Source of the DNA: Terriglobia bacterium
GTDB taxonomy: Bacteria; Acidobacteriota; Terriglobia; JAJPHL01; JAPKYU01
Assembly: GCA_965206645.1 (NCBI GenBank)
Contig: CBDBKE010000002.1
Location: 416,001 to 480,000, forward strand
Reading direction: 5' to 3'
Length of the DNA stretch: 64,000 nt
Position numbers and translations under genes: made by a program
Shown: positions 32,148 to 43,858 of the stretch, one piece after another
Numbering within the stretch: the stretch's first letter is position 1
Layout of the letters: each line of letters begins with the position of its first letter
The notes under the pieces: model-generated
Told to the model about the DNA's origin: nothing
What the model saw: the letters and a program-made list of their open reading frames with translations, nothing else
The model's database searches: none

Positions 32148-33492
32148 CTTCGATCCGTTGCACTATCTGGCGCTGCTGGAGCAGAAGCCGAACGCGTTGA
32201 ACCAGGCCGCCCCCCCGGCCGGCTGGGAGTTGCCGGAAGGCTTCGCGCAACTGCGGCGGCTGATGGAGGCGCGGTTAGGCAAGAAGGGCAAGCGGGAGTA
32301 TGTGCAGGTCCTGCGACGGCTGGAGACGTTCCGTTGGACGGAAGTGTCGCTGGCCGTCGAGGACGCCTTGCGGCTGGGGGCGATCTGGTCTGACGCGGTC
32401 AAGCATCTGCTGCTGGGCCGGATCGAGCAGCGGCCGGCGCGGCTGGACCTGGAGCACTATCCGCACCTGCCGGCAACGCAGGTGGCCACCACAGCCGCCG
32501 CCGACTATCTGACCCTGCTCCGGGAAGGAGTCTGCTGATGGACACGCCCCAGGTGTTGCTGGAACACCATCTGAAGGCCCTGCAATTACCCACCTTTTTG
32601 CGTGAGTACGACAAGGTGGCGCAGCAGTGCGCTGCCGAGGGCGTGGACTTCCCGCGCTACCTGCTGCGGTTGACGGAGCTGGAGCTGCTGGACCGGGAAC
32701 GGCGCGCCACCGAGCGGCGCATTCACCAAGCCAGGTTCGACGTGGTGAAGAGCCTCGACAGTTTCGATTTCCTGGCCCTTCCGTCGCTGAATAAGGCCTT
32801 GGTGCTCGAGCTGGCCCGAGGCGAGTTCATCGAACGCAAGGAGAACATCCTGGCTTTAGGGAACTCGGGCACGGGAAAAACCCACATTGCGTTGGCGCTG
32901 GGACTGGCCGCCTGTCAGAAAGGGTTCCGGGTCCGGTTCACTACGGCGGCCTCCCTGGCGCATGAGCTGATCGAGGCCAAGGACGAGCGGCGCCTGATGC
33001 GGTTCCAGAAGATGCTCTCCAGTTTCGAGCTGTTGATCATTGACGAGCTGGGTTTCGTGCCGCTATCCAAGACTGGGGCGGAGTTGCTGTTTGAGGTCTT
33101 CAGCCGGCGCTACGAACGCAGCGCCACCGTGGTGCCCAGCAACCTGCCGTTCAACGAATGGACGGAGGCCTTCGGATCGGAGCGGCTGACCGGAGCCCTG
33201 CTGGATCGTCTCACCCACCATGTCCACATCCTGGAGATGAACGGGGAAAGTTACCGGCTCAAGGACAGCAAACGAAGGCGTTCCGGAAAGCCTCGCGCCT
33301 GATCTCACCCAATACTGGGCGACGAGTTGCGAGGGCGGCTTCCACTCCGGCCTAACCGCGCCGCCCTGCGGGCGTCGCAGGCCTCCGCTCCAACCGCCCC
33401 CGCAACTCCCTCTCAAATCAAAGCTTCCACCACCCCTGAACTGGTCTACTTTCTCTCCGCCGGAGTGGTCTAGTTTTACTCCGCCCTTGACA
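32148..33492 (+). mobile_element. IS21 copy 2, left-truncated (istA 3' end, istB, right end)
   Basis: Near-identical to 22124-23468. Confidence 0.92.
32538..33302 (+). CDS. istB: IstB ATPase copy 2 (TSNLPF changed to PSNLPF)
   Basis: 254 aa, two substitutions relative to the 22514 copy. Confidence 0.9.
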   Translation: MDTPQVLLEHHLKALQLPTFLREYDKVAQQCAAEGVDFPRYLLRLTELELLDRERRATERRIHQARFDVVKSLDSFDFLALPSLNKALVLELARGEFIERKENILALGNSGTGKTHIALALGLAACQKGFRVRFTTAASLAHELIEAKDERRLMRFQKMLSSFELLIIDELGFVPLSKTGAELLFEVFSRRYERSATVVPSNLPFNEWTEAFGSERLTGALLDRLTHHVHILEMNGESYRLKDSKRRRSGKPRA

Positions 33493-34802
33493 ACCGGGCT
33501 GGCAAGCTCATCCACGTGGGCAATGCCGGCAGCGGCTTCACACAGGCGTCCCAACGGGAAGTGTGGGAAAAGCTGAAGCCGCTCAGCACCGACCACAACC
33601 CGTTCGCCGGCCAGCCGGCGACCCTGGAGCCACCCCACTGGGTCCGTCCGGAACTGATGGCCCGCGTCAAGTTCGCCGAATGGACCGCCGAGGAAAAGAT
33701 GCGCGCCCCTGTCGTACTGGAAGTGCGCCCCACCGCAAACCCGGCGTCTTCCCACGTGCGCGATCCCGCTGGCCACGTGCGCGATCCCGCTGGGGAGTTG
33801 GCCGTCCCGGACGAGCCGCCGCCTTCCCTGTTCTCCGGTTCGCAACAGGTGCAGAGGGTTTCGGTCGAAGGCCGCTCGTTCATGATTCAAAACCTGGGCA
33901 AGCTCTTCTTTCCCGAGGAGGGTTACACCAAGCGCGACGTGGTGGAATATTACGACCGCATCGCCGGCTACCTGCTGCCTTACATGCAGGACCGGCCGGT
34001 GGTGATGAAGCGCTATCCCAACGGCATCCACAAGCCTCACTTTTTCCAGAAGGAGGCAGGGGAGGCGATGCCTCAATGGATCCGCACTGCTTCCATCTCG
34101 TCTGATCGCGGCGGCGGCGAGTTCACCAACTTCGTGATCGCCAACGACCGAGCCACCCTGGTCTACCTGGCCAACCTGGGCTGCATCGAGCAGAACTTGT
34201 GGATGAGCCGCCTGCCGTCGCTCGAAACACCGGACTTTGTGCTCTTCGACCTGGACCCCGGCGAGCAAGTCTCCTTCGAGGTGGTGATCGAGGTGGCGCA
34301 GGCGCTGAAGGCACGGCTGGACCTGCTGGGACTGTCCGGGTATCCCAAAACCTCCGGCTCCCGAGGCATGCACGTCTACGTGCCGCTGGCACCGCAGTAC
34401 AGCTATGATCACAGCCGGCACCTGGCCGAGCTGGTCAGTTTACTGGTGGCCCATGACGTCCCGGACCTGGTCACCTGCGAACGCTCGTTACGCAGGCGGC
34501 GGAAGGACCGTGTCTACCTGGATTTCTTACAGAACGGCTGGGGCAAGACCGTGCCCCCGCCCTACAGCCTGCGCGCCCGGCCGGGCGCGCAGGTCTCGGC
34601 TCCCTTGCGCTGGGAAGAAGTCCGGTCCGGCTTGGACCCCAGCCAGTTCCACCTGCGCTCCATCTGGGAACGACTGGAGACGCAGGGTGACCTATTTGCA
34701 GAGACACTGGAGAAGCGGCAGCGGCTGGAGCCGGCGTTGGAACGCTTGCGGGAGGCGCTGGGAGGAGCAACGAGCAGCGCCAGGGGTTCCCGAAAAGTTT
34801 AA
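33493..34802 (+). pseudogene. ligD: NHEJ LigD: ligase C-terminal OB domain plus primase-polymerase domain, 5' part removed by IS21
   Basis: LIHVGNAGSGF, WVRPELMARVKFAEWT, KRYPNGI, FFQKE, DLDP, KTSGSRGMHVYVP, YLDFLQN, PYSLRARP. Confidence 0.88.
33752..33793 (+). repeat. 21-bp in-frame tandem duplication (HVRDPAG x2) in the LigD linker
   Basis: CCACGTGCGCGATCCCGCTGG x2. Confidence 0.92.
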
Positions 34803-34803
34803 A

Positions 34804-34825
34804 GGGGCTCCTTTGCAGGAGCCCC
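34804..34825. terminator. Hairpin between convergent ligD and the phosphoesterase gene
   Basis: GGGGCTCCT-TTGC-AGGAGCCCC, followed by TTTAAACTTT on the minus strand. Confidence 0.6.
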
Positions 34826-35032
34826 GGCGAAGCATAGCCCGAAGTCCGTCCCCCCGGTCGGCCTTCAGCCTTCTTCGACCAAGGCCAATTCTGTCCCAGG
34901 GCACGGCTGCAGCCAATAGACCCACGGTTACATTTTGCTAGGGACCAAAGTACCAAGGCTCGGTTGCTCCAGACGCGGGACGCGCTGAGTCTCCAGCAGT
35001 CCGCACCCCACCGCCGTCGTTGTCGGCCGTCG

Positions 35033-35785
35033 TTACCTGCCAAGGCTGAGGCGCGTGGCCAGCACCTCAGGCAGACCCGCTTCCAGCATTTTTTGTTGGG
35101 TGGCAGCGATGTTGTACGGCACGCGCCAGTATTCGACCTGGCCCAGTTCGCCATCGCGAGAGTAGATGACGCAGGCGGCTCGGTTGTCCCCGTCACGCGG
35201 CTGACCTACCGCGCCGGGGTTCAACAGGTATTGTTCCTTTTCCTCCAGCTCGAGGTTCTTGGAAGCCACACCCATCTGGAAGCTCGGGTAGACCGCACGC
35301 ACTTCTCCACCACCGTGCCGCAGGAAGCCGCCCTGCATGTGGGTGTGGCCGAAGAAGGTCAGTTGGTAGCCAAGTTGGGGGAACTGCGGCCGAGCATCTG
35401 CCACGTTGAATAGGGATTCGTCCTCGTCCTGAACCGACCCGTGGACAATCTGGAAACCGTCCACTTCCAGAGGGCCGACTCGCAAGGCGCGCAGATAGGC
35501 CAGGTTTTCCGCAGCAAGCTGTTGCCGCGTCCACAGCGCGGCAGTCCGCGCTACCTGGTTGAAGTCCTCCGCCTCGGTCACGCCGCAACAGGCCTTATCG
35601 TGGTTGCCACGGATGACCGCCACAGCGTTGGCACGCACCCAGTCCACCACCGGATTTGGGTCCGGACCATATCCGACCAGGTCGCCGCAGCAGACCACCC
35701 GATCGTAGCGGTTCTCAACCGCCGAGAGTACGGCTTGCAGGCTCTCCAGGTTGCCGTGCAGGTCGCTTACGATCAAATATCGCAT
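35033..35785 (-). CDS. Metallophosphoesterase (YfcE/ApaH-like)
   Basis: SDLHGN, GDLVGYG, GNHD, VHGS, GHTH, NPGAVGQPRDG. Confidence 0.92.
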   Translation of the reverse strand: MRYLIVSDLHGNLESLQAVLSAVENRYDRVVCCGDLVGYGPDPNPVVDWVRANAVAVIRGNHDKACCGVTEAEDFNQVARTAALWTRQQLAAENLAYLRALRVGPLEVDGFQIVHGSVQDEDESLFNVADARPQFPQLGYQLTFFGHTHMQGGFLRHGGGEVRAVYPSFQMGVASKNLELEEKEQYLLNPGAVGQPRDGDNRAACVIYSRDGELGQVEYWRVPYNIAATQQKMLEAGLPEVLATRLSLGR

Positions 35786-35916
35786 CGAAAAAGCTTCGGC
35801 CTTCAGCTACCGGATTTCAGCCGGCGATGAGCAAGATTATATGCGAACGGCCGAGCTAGGTGTGAAGGGCCGCGCGGTTGGCCGCTAATGGCTGATTACC
35901 GATCGCTGCCAGCTTC

Positions 35917-36993
35917 TCACATCACCAGCATGCAATCTCCGTAGGAATAGAAACGATAGCGCTCGTGAACTGCATGCTCGTAGGCGCCGAGCACCGCCTC
36001 TCGCCCGGCTAAGGCGCAGGTCAGCATCAGCAATGTGGAACGGGGCAGGTGGAAATTGGTCAGCAGCGCGTCCGTCACCCTGAAAGGGAACCCCGGGTAA
36101 ATGAACAGCGCCGTTTCGCCCGCTCCCCGCGTGATGCTCTCCGATTCGCCCGCGGCGTGCTCCAGGGTGCGGACCGTCGTGGTGCCCACCGCCACCACCC
36201 GGCGCCCTTCCTCCCGTGCCCGGTTGACGGCGACCGCTGCTTCCGGTGGAATTTCGTAGCGCTCCGCGTGCAGGCGGTGTTGCCCGACCTGCTCGACTCG
36301 GACCGGCTGAAAGGTGCCCAGCCCTACATGCAGGGTCAGCTCGGCGATTGCCACTCCGCGCGTCCGCAGCCGGTCCAGCATCTCCCCGGTGAAGTGCAGC
36401 CCGGCGGTGGGCGCAGCGACCGATCCGGCCGAGCGGGCGTAGACCGTCTGGTAGCAGGCAGCGTCCTGCTCCTGGTCGCTGCGCCGGATGTAGGGCGGCA
36501 GCGGCACGTGCCCCAGCCTTTCCAGGTGCTCCCAAAAGTCTCCACTCCAGCGGAAGCGCAGGGTTCGCTCGCCAAACGGACCCCGTCCGACCACCTCCCC
36601 CTCCAGTCCCTCTCCAAAATGAATCCGCTCGCCCACGCTGATTTTGCGTCCGGGACGGACCAGAACTTCCCAGGTTTCTGCATCGAGTTGCTTGGTCAGC
36701 AGCACCTCGACTTGCCGGGTCAGAAACGGGCGTGAGGCTGGATTGCGCGGGCTCAGCCGCTGCGCGCGAACTCCGCTCCGGCTCCCAAATAGGCGCGCTC
36801 GGATCACTCGGCTGTTGTTCAGCACCAGCAGATCACCTGGTCTCAGCAGTTCTGGCAGTTCGGCAAAGGCGTGGTCGGAGAACCTGCCCGAGGCCCGCTC
36901 CAGCACCAGCATGCGCGAAGCCCCACGCTCGGGTAGCGGTTCCTGGGCGATCAGTTCCGGAGGCAGAGTGTAGTCAAAGTCGGTGACGAGCAC
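35917..36993 (-). CDS. queA: SAM:tRNA ribosyltransferase-isomerase
   Basis: [63 protein letters not shown]; GTG start at 36993 preferred. Confidence 0.96.
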   Translation of the reverse strand: MLVTDFDYTLPPELIAQEPLPERGASRMLVLERASGRFSDHAFAELPELLRPGDLLVLNNSRVIRARLFGSRSGVRAQRLSPRNPASRPFLTRQVEVLLTKQLDAETWEVLVRPGRKISVGERIHFGEGLEGEVVGRGPFGERTLRFRWSGDFWEHLERLGHVPLPPYIRRSDQEQDAACYQTVYARSAGSVAAPTAGLHFTGEMLDRLRTRGVAIAELTLHVGLGTFQPVRVEQVGQHRLHAERYEIPPEAAVAVNRAREEGRRVVAVGTTTVRTLEHAAGESESITRGAGETALFIYPGFPFRVTDALLTNFHLPRSTLLMLTCALAGREAVLGAYEHAVHERYRFYSYGDCMLVM

Positions 36994-37235
36994 ACTTGGA
37001 GGGCGGCTGTTGCCAGCCAGGTAGGAGTTTACCATGCCAATTGCCGATGGAACCGATGGTGACGATCAGCCCAGCAGCTCCGCGCGAGGCATCCTTGGAC
37101 TGACGCACGCCCTGCCGAGGGGACTGTCGGGCGGAACTGCCAGCAGAACTGGCGGACAAAGTGAGCAGATGGAACAGTCTTCATCCGATATTTAATATAG
37201 CTTATCTAGCTTAAACTACACGTATTATTTATAAT

Positions 37236-37273
37236 TTGACATTAACACGCTAATAATATATTATTAGTGCTAA
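37236..37273 (+). promoter_or_regulatory. sigma70 promoter of clpB with overlapping palindrome and CIRCE-like half sites
   Basis: TTGACA-N17-TATTAT (37236-37264); perfect palindrome CTAATAATATATTATTAG (37250-37267); TTAACACGC...TAGTGCTAA. Confidence 0.75.
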
Positions 37274-37339
37274 CTAAGAACGTTCAGGCCTGGCGGCGAG
37301 CCGCCCTTAGAGGCCCTCAGAGGGAAGAAGGAGAGATTC

Positions 37340-39991
37340 ATGATTCGCATGGACCGTTTTACGTTGAAGGCGCAGGAGGCCATCGAGCAGGCCCAGCAAG
37401 TGGCCCAGAAGCACGACCACCAGAGCCTGTTGCCGTTGCACATGCTGGTGGCGTTGGTCGCCCAGCCGGACGGCGTGGTGCAGCCGGTGCTAGGAAAACT
37501 GGGCACTTCGCTCGACACCGTGCTGATGGACGCCGATCGAGCTATGAAGGCCATTCCTCAGGTGACCGGCGCCGGTGGCCAGCTCTTATTGTCTCCGCAA
37601 TTGGCCCAGGTCTTCCAGGCCGCTGAGAATGAGGCCGAGCGGTTCAAGGATCAGTACATCTCCACCGAGCATTTGTTGCTGGCCATCGCCGATCTGAAAA
37701 GCGACCCCGCCCAGATGGTGCTGGCGGCCAGCGGGGCCCATCACGAGGCGATCCTGAAGGCACTGGCTGCCATCCGGGGCACCCAGCGGGTGACCTCCCC
37801 GACCCCGGAAACCACCTACCAGGCCCTGGAGCGTTACGCGCGCGACCTGACCGAGCTGGCCCGCAAGGGGCAGCTCGACCCGGTCATTGGCCGCGACGAG
37901 GAAATCCGCCGCGTCATCCAGGTGCTTTCCCGGCGCACGAAGAACAACCCGGTGCTGATCGGTGAGCCGGGCGTGGGCAAAACGGCCATCGCCGAGGGCC
38001 TGGCCCAGCGCATCGTTTCGGGTGATGTCCCCGAGACGCTGAAGTCCAAGCGGCTTGTCGCTCTGGATTTGTCCTCGCTGGTCGCCGGCGCCAAGTTCCG
38101 TGGAGAATTTGAGGAACGGCTGAAGGCGGTGCTAAAGGAAATTAACGATTCACAAGGGCAGGTTGTGCTGTTCATTGACGAACTACACACTCTGGTCGGA
38201 GCCGGGGCGGCCGAGGGGGCCATTGACGCCTCCAACATGCTGAAGCCGGCGCTGGCCCGCGGCGAGCTGCGCGCCATCGGCGCCACCACCCTGAACGAGT
38301 ACAAGAAGAACGTCGAGAAGGACCCCGCGCTGGAGCGCCGCTTCCAGGTGGTTTACGTGGGCGAGCCCACGGTTGAAGACACCATCGCCATCCTACGTGG
38401 ACTGAAGGAGCGCTACGAGACCCACCACCGCGTCCGCATCAAGGACAGCTCCATTGTGGCCGCCGCCACGCTGTCGCACCGCTACATCTCCGACCGCTTC
38501 CTGCCCGACAAGGCCATTGACCTGGTGGATGAGGCGGGCGCCGCCCTCAAGATGCAGATTGACTCGGTGCCGGTGGAGATTGACCAGATCCAGCGTCGCG
38601 CCACCCAACTGGAGATCGAGCGCCAGGCCCTGCTGAAGGAGCAGGACCCGGCCTCGCGCGAGCGGCTGCGCCACCTGGAAGAGGAGCTTGAGCGGTTGCG
38701 CGGCGAGGTCGGCCGGCTGCGCGAGCGCTGGGAGCAGGAGAAGCAGATGATCGGCCGCGTCGGCGAGCTGATGGGGCGGATTGAGCAACTGAAACTGGAA
38801 GAGGAGCAGGCCACCCGCCAGGGTGACCTGACCCGCGCCGCCGAGATTCGCTACGGCCAGCTGGTGGTCCTGGATCGCGAGCTGGGCGAGGCCCAGCTCG
38901 CGATCGAGCAGCAGCAGGCCTCCCTCATGGTCAAGGACGAGGTGGACGACGAAGACATTGCCCGCATTGTGGCCAAGTGGACAGGCATCCCGGTCTCTCG
39001 CATGCTCGAGGGGGAAATCCAAAAGCTGGTGCACATGGAAGAGCGCCTGCGGCTGCGGGTGGTGGGCCAGGAGGAGGCGCTGGCCAAGGTGGCCAACGCC
39101 GTTCGCCGCAGCCGCGCCGGGCTTGCCGACCCGCGCAAGCCCATCGGCTCGTTCATCTTCCTGGGGCCGACCGGGGTGGGCAAGACTGAGCTGGCCCGCG
39201 CCCTGGCCGAATTCCTGTTCGACGACGAGCGCGCCATGGTCCGCCTGGACATGAGCGAGTACATGGAGAAGCATTCGGTGGCCCGCATGATCGGCGCCCC
39301 GCCCGGCTACGTCGGCTACGAGGAGGGCGGCCAGTTGACCGAGCACGTGCGCCGGCGCCCCTACTCGGTGCTGCTGTTCGATGAGGTGGAGAAGGCCCAT
39401 CCGGACGTCTTTAACGCCCTGCTGCAAATCCTGGACGACGGCCGGCTCACCGACGGCAAGGGACGCACCGTGCACTTCAGCAATGCGGTCATCGTCATGA
39501 CCAGCAACGTCGGCTCCAGCCATATCCGCGATGCGCACATCGGCTTCCAGGCGACCAACGGCCGCCGCGAAGCTGCCGAAGCAGAGTTGAGAAAGCGCAT
39601 CCAGGAGGCCCTGCACGCGACCTTCAGGCCGGAGTTCCTGAACCGCATTGACGAGGTGATCACCTTCCGCGTGCTGAGCGAAGGGGAGATTGTCAAGATC
39701 ATCGAGATTCAGCTCGTCGGCCTGCGCAAGATGCTGGCCGAGCGCAAGATCGAGCTCGAGCTGAGCGAGGCGGCCAAGCGCGTGCTGTTTCAGGAGGGCT
39801 ATGACCCGCAGTATGGCGTGCGGCCCTTGCGCCGCGCCATCCAGCGCCTGATCCAAGATCCGCTGGCGATGAAGCTGCTGGAAGGAGAGGTGCTGGCCGG
39901 CGACCGCGTCCGCGTGGACGCCGATGCGGCTGGCGCGCTCGTCTTCGAGCGCCAGCCGGTCCCGCAGCCCGCCGAGGCTCCTGCGGTATAA
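37340..39991 (+). CDS. clpB: ATP-dependent chaperone ClpB
   Basis: Clp N domains, GEPGVGKT, coiled-coil middle domain, [21 protein letters not shown]. Confidence 0.97.
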   Translation: MIRMDRFTLKAQEAIEQAQQVAQKHDHQSLLPLHMLVALVAQPDGVVQPVLGKLGTSLDTVLMDADRAMKAIPQVTGAGGQLLLSPQLAQVFQAAENEAERFKDQYISTEHLLLAIADLKSDPAQMVLAASGAHHEAILKALAAIRGTQRVTSPTPETTYQALERYARDLTELARKGQLDPVIGRDEEIRRVIQVLSRRTKNNPVLIGEPGVGKTAIAEGLAQRIVSGDVPETLKSKRLVALDLSSLVAGAKFRGEFEERLKAVLKEINDSQGQVVLFIDELHTLVGAGAAEGAIDASNMLKPALARGELRAIGATTLNEYKKNVEKDPALERRFQVVYVGEPTVEDTIAILRGLKERYETHHRVRIKDSSIVAAATLSHRYISDRFLPDKAIDLVDEAGAALKMQIDSVPVEIDQIQRRATQLEIERQALLKEQDPASRERLRHLEEELERLRGEVGRLRERWEQEKQMIGRVGELMGRIEQLKLEEEQATRQGDLTRAAEIRYGQLVVLDRELGEAQLAIEQQQASLMVKDEVDDEDIARIVAKWTGIPVSRMLEGEIQKLVHMEERLRLRVVGQEEALAKVANAVRRSRAGLADPRKPIGSFIFLGPTGVGKTELARALAEFLFDDERAMVRLDMSEYMEKHSVARMIGAPPGYVGYEEGGQLTEHVRRRPYSVLLFDEVEKAHPDVFNALLQILDDGRLTDGKGRTVHFSNAVIVMTSNVGSSHIRDAHIGFQATNGRREAAEAELRKRIQEALHATFRPEFLNRIDEVITFRVLSEGEIVKIIEIQLVGLRKMLAERKIELELSEAAKRVLFQEGYDPQYGVRPLRRAIQRLIQDPLAMKLLEGEVLAGDRVRVDADAAGALVFERQPVPQPAEAPAV

Positions 39992-40012
39992 TTTAGAAGG
40001 GAAGATACCGCA

Positions 40013-40861
40013 ATGAACACGTTTAAGACTGCGTTCTTGCTCACGGCTCTGACCCTGTTGTTTCTGGGCATCGGCCGCGCGATCGGCGGCGAACAGGGCA
40101 TGGTCATGGCCCTGGTTTTTGCCGGCGTGATGAACTTTGCTTCCTACTACTGGTCGGACAAGATCGTGCTGGCGATGTACCGGGCCCAGGAAATCACCCC
40201 GCAGTCCGCCCCGCAGGTGTACCGGCGGGTGCATCCCATGCTGGAGCGGCTGACTGGGCGCGGCAACATGCCCATGCCGCGCCTCTACCTGATCTCCAAC
40301 GAGACGCCCAACGCCTTCGCCACCGGGCGCAACCCCCAGCACGCGGCGGTGGCTGTGACCGCCGGCATCCTGCGGCTGCTGAATGATTCGGAGCTGGAAG
40401 GCGTGGTCGCCCACGAACTGGGGCACGTGCTGAACCGTGACATCCTGATCGCCTCGGTGGCGGCCATGATCGCCGGCGCCATCAGCTACCTGGCGTTTAT
40501 CGGCCGCTGGGCCATGATCTTCGGCGGCTACGGGCGCGGCAGCAACGGCAGAGGCGGCGGGCTGGAAGCATTGGTGATGCTGATCGTGGCGCCCATCGCC
40601 GCCCTGCTGATCCAGATGGCAATCTCGCGCTCGCGCGAGTACGGTGCCGATGCCAAAGCTGTGGAGTTGACCGGCAACCCCTACGGGCTGACCGAGGCGC
40701 TCACGAAGCTGGAGGCGCTGAACAAGCGGATGCCGATGAAGGCCTCGCCGGCCACCGCGCACCTGTTCATCGTCAAGCCGTTCTCCGGCGGCGGCCTGTC
40801 AGCGCTGTTCAGCACCCACCCGCCCATGGAGAAGCGCATCGCCCGCCTCCTCGGCCGCTGA
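40013..40861 (+). CDS. htpX: Zinc metalloprotease HtpX
   Basis: [31 protein letters not shown]. Confidence 0.95.
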   Translation: MNTFKTAFLLTALTLLFLGIGRAIGGEQGMVMALVFAGVMNFASYYWSDKIVLAMYRAQEITPQSAPQVYRRVHPMLERLTGRGNMPMPRLYLISNETPNAFATGRNPQHAAVAVTAGILRLLNDSELEGVVAHELGHVLNRDILIASVAAMIAGAISYLAFIGRWAMIFGGYGRGSNGRGGGLEALVMLIVAPIAALLIQMAISRSREYGADAKAVELTGNPYGLTEALTKLEALNKRMPMKASPATAHLFIVKPFSGGGLSALFSTHPPMEKRIARLLGR

Positions 40862-40946
40862 GCACGGCAGTTTGTAGATATGGCAAGGCAATGATTGACT
40901 AGCTCAAGAACAAAACCGGCACGCCACTGGGGGCCGGGCTTTCTTC

Positions 40947-41912
40947 TTAGGGAATGAGATCAGGAAAGTCTTGCTTCCCTTTCGGATACAAATGGTCCAT
41001 TCCAACTATTGGAAAACGCTCTTGGTAGGGGTTTAGAGACATAAACCTTTCGACAAACGCGTCCATCGGCCCGAAAACACCAAAATCTGTCCCGTGAGCA
41101 GCGTGAGGAGTAGCGAAAGGCTTCTTCTCACGTTCCGTGTACCAACCGTTACCGCCCACCTGGTAGTAAATCCAACATTCTCTGGCGGCTTCGCAATCAG
41201 GACAACGTACGTCTACAAAACCAAAGATCCGTTCGCCCTTCTTAAGGGGTTCTACACCTTTGGGGAAGTCAATCTCCAACCACTGCGAACGGACATCTCC
41301 TGCTCTGAGATAGTTTATATCCCAAATCTTGACCGGCACCGCAAACAGCTCGGCTCTCAGGATCGTGAAGAACCCTTTCAGCGTGATATCTCTGGCTACT
41401 TTGGACGAGACGTTTCTCAATGCTACTGATAGGTCGTCTCCACTAAATACCCTATGGACATTAAAGATTCGAACGTCTGGTCTCTTTCTCTCTACTTCGT
41501 ACTGCTCCTGAATGATGGACAACTGCTTCTTAGATGCCCTGACGCTTTCCTCAACCAAGGCTTGTTGCTCCTTCATGGACTGGCCTTGCAGTTTGCTCAT
41601 CGCCAGCATCCCTTCTAAGGTCCCGCTTGAAGCATCCAAAACCTCCTGTTGAGTTTTTGCACTAGAGACCATCGTCTCAAGAACCCGTCGGGACGATTCC
41701 AACGCAATCTGCTGCTCCCTTGCTGACTCGATGTAGTAATGCAACGCAACAATAGCCACTAGGAGGGACGCAGTGGCGATCATGACAGAAGCAATGTTCG
41801 CGACAGCGGGAAGTGCCCCAGGAGCTTTCCTCACGGCAGCCGTTAGCTTCTCCCATAGCCTTCTTATCGCAAGCCTTAGCCATTGTTGGGATGCAGCCCG
41901 CTTGGAAGGCAT
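40947..41912 (-). CDS. Hypothetical membrane-anchored protein with coiled coil and CxxC
   Basis: 321-aa ORF, one TM helix, Q/E-rich helix, CPDC; lower GC than its neighbours. Confidence 0.6.
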   Translation of the reverse strand: MPSKRAASQQWLRLAIRRLWEKLTAAVRKAPGALPAVANIASVMIATASLLVAIVALHYYIESAREQQIALESSRRVLETMVSSAKTQQEVLDASSGTLEGMLAMSKLQGQSMKEQQALVEESVRASKKQLSIIQEQYEVERKRPDVRIFNVHRVFSGDDLSVALRNVSSKVARDITLKGFFTILRAELFAVPVKIWDINYLRAGDVRSQWLEIDFPKGVEPLKKGERIFGFVDVRCPDCEAARECWIYYQVGGNGWYTEREKKPFATPHAAHGTDFGVFGPMDAFVERFMSLNPYQERFPIVGMDHLYPKGKQDFPDLIP

Positions 41913-41993
41913 GGTTCTATTATATGGTGCCCTCCGTAGACAGGCCAGTTTGCCACTCTTCCTGTATTGCTGAGCTTCTGTTGTTTGTTCTCG

Positions 41994-43649
41994 TCAGCCG
42001 GTGATGGCACCGCGGGAGGCGGTTGAGACCAGGTTGGCGTACTTGGCCATAACGCCGCTGGTGTAGCGGGGCGCGGGCGGCTTCCACTTGGCCAGGCGGG
42101 AGCGGAGTTCACGCTTGGGCAGCTCCACGTTGAGCTGCCGCTTGGGGATATCGAAGGTGATCGTGTCGCCGTCGCGCAGGGCGGCGATGGGCCCACCCAC
42201 GACGGCTTCCGGCGCCACGTGGCCAACCATGATGCCGTGGGTGGCGCCGGAGAATCTGCCGTCGGTCATTAGCGCCACTGACTCGCCCAGGCCCTGCCCG
42301 ACCAGGGCGCCGGTCACCCCCAGCATCTCCCGCATTCCTGGCCCGCCCTTGGGGCCCTCGTAGCGGATCACCAACACGTCGCCGGCCTTGATCTGGCGCT
42401 TCTGTACGGCCTGCATGGCGTCCTCCTCGCGGTCAAACACTCGCGCGGTGCCCTGGAAGCCCGTCGCCTTCTTCCCGGCGATCTTCATCACCGCGCCCTC
42501 CGGCGCCAAGTTGCCACGCAGGATGACCAGACCGCCGTTGGGCGCCAGCGGCTTCGCTAGCGGCAGGACCACCTGCTGGCCGGCCGTCTCGGTCGCCTCG
42601 CGCGCTTCCTCGCCGATGGTTTTTCCGGTAACGGTCGGCTCGTCGCCATGGAGAATTCTGGCTTCCAGCAACCGCTTGCCGACCACGCCCACCCCGCCCG
42701 CCAGGTACACGTCATTGGCGACATAGCGGCCCCAGGGCTTCATGTTGGCCAGCAGCGGGGTGCGGGCGCTGATGTGGTCGAAGTCGTCGATGCTGAGCTC
42801 GATCTCCGCCTCCTGCGCCACAGCCAGCAGATGCAGCACAGCGTTGGTGGAGCCGCCCGTGGCCGCCACTGAGGCGATCGCATTTTCGAGCGAGCGCCTG
42901 GTAATCACCTGGCGCGGCAGGATGTTGTTGCGCAGCGCTTCCATCACGAGCTGGCCGCAGCGAAACGCGACCTCGAGCTTTTCCGGGACCACCGCCGGCA
43001 CCATGGCGCTGCCCATTGGAGAGATGCCCATGATTTCAAACGCGGTGGCCATGGTGTTGGCCGTGAACTGGCCGCCGCAGGCGCCCGCGCCCGGGCAGGC
43101 GGTGTTCTCAATGGCGCGAGATTCCTCCTGAGTAATCCTGCCAGCCGCACACGCCCCGACCGCTTCGAAGACGTCCTGAATGGTCAGGTCACGCCCCTCG
43201 TACTTGCCCGGCATGATGGCCCCGCCATAGAGCATCAGCGAGGGGATGTTCAGCCGCGCCAGCGCCATCACGGTCCCTGGGATGGTCTTGTCGCAGCCGG
43301 AGATGGCCACTAGGGCGTCGAACATGTTGCCCCGTGCCACCAGCTCAATGGAGTCGGCGATTAGCTCGCGGCTGATCAGCGAGGTCTTCATTCCTTCGGT
43401 GCCCATGGTGATCCCGTCCGAGACGGTGATGGTGTTGAACTCCATGGGCGTGCCGCCCGCGGCGCGAACGCCTTCTTTGATCTTGGCCGCCAGTTCGCGC
43501 AGGTGGTAGTTGCAGGGGCCGATCTCGGTCCAGGTGTTGGCTACACCGACGATGGGGCGCGAGAGGTCCTCGTCGGTGAATCCCACTGCCTTCAGCATGG
43601 AGCGCGCTGGCGCCCGGTCCGGTCCCTGGGTGATGGTGGAAGAGGGCAT
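41994..43649 (-). CDS. ilvD: Dihydroxy-acid dehydratase
   Basis: [53 protein letters not shown]. Confidence 0.96.
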   Translation of the reverse strand: MPSSTITQGPDRAPARSMLKAVGFTDEDLSRPIVGVANTWTEIGPCNYHLRELAAKIKEGVRAAGGTPMEFNTITVSDGITMGTEGMKTSLISRELIADSIELVARGNMFDALVAISGCDKTIPGTVMALARLNIPSLMLYGGAIMPGKYEGRDLTIQDVFEAVGACAAGRITQEESRAIENTACPGAGACGGQFTANTMATAFEIMGISPMGSAMVPAVVPEKLEVAFRCGQLVMEALRNNILPRQVITRRSLENAIASVAATGGSTNAVLHLLAVAQEAEIELSIDDFDHISARTPLLANMKPWGRYVANDVYLAGGVGVVGKRLLEARILHGDEPTVTGKTIGEEAREATETAGQQVVLPLAKPLAPNGGLVILRGNLAPEGAVMKIAGKKATGFQGTARVFDREEDAMQAVQKRQIKAGDVLVIRYEGPKGGPGMREMLGVTGALVGQGLGESVALMTDGRFSGATHGIMVGHVAPEAVVGGPIAALRDGDTITFDIPKRQLNVELPKRELRSRLAKWKPPAPRYTSGVMAKYANLVSTASRGAITG

Positions 43650-43858
43650 GCGTGTTCTCCGATTAGGAAGTTAGTCGCAGGGAATCATACCATTGCCACG
43701 CGCGTCTTGGCGCCGGGCTATGCGGGGACAGGGCGGTGGAGGCGGCCTTAGGCGGAAGGGGATCCAGAGCCACGCGGTAGAGGCAGCCTTAGCGTATGGC
43801 CAGCAAAGCCGTATTGCTGCGGCGCCTCGACGGTGAGGATTACTCAGGCGCTGGCCGG

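Noticed and set aside
38393-40762. 789-aa minus-strand ORF and similar long antisense ORFs (3845-5293, 6524-7627, 33063-34421, 43796-44764, 47126-48154)
   Set aside because: Shadow frames of well-supported high-GC genes with no recognisable motifs.
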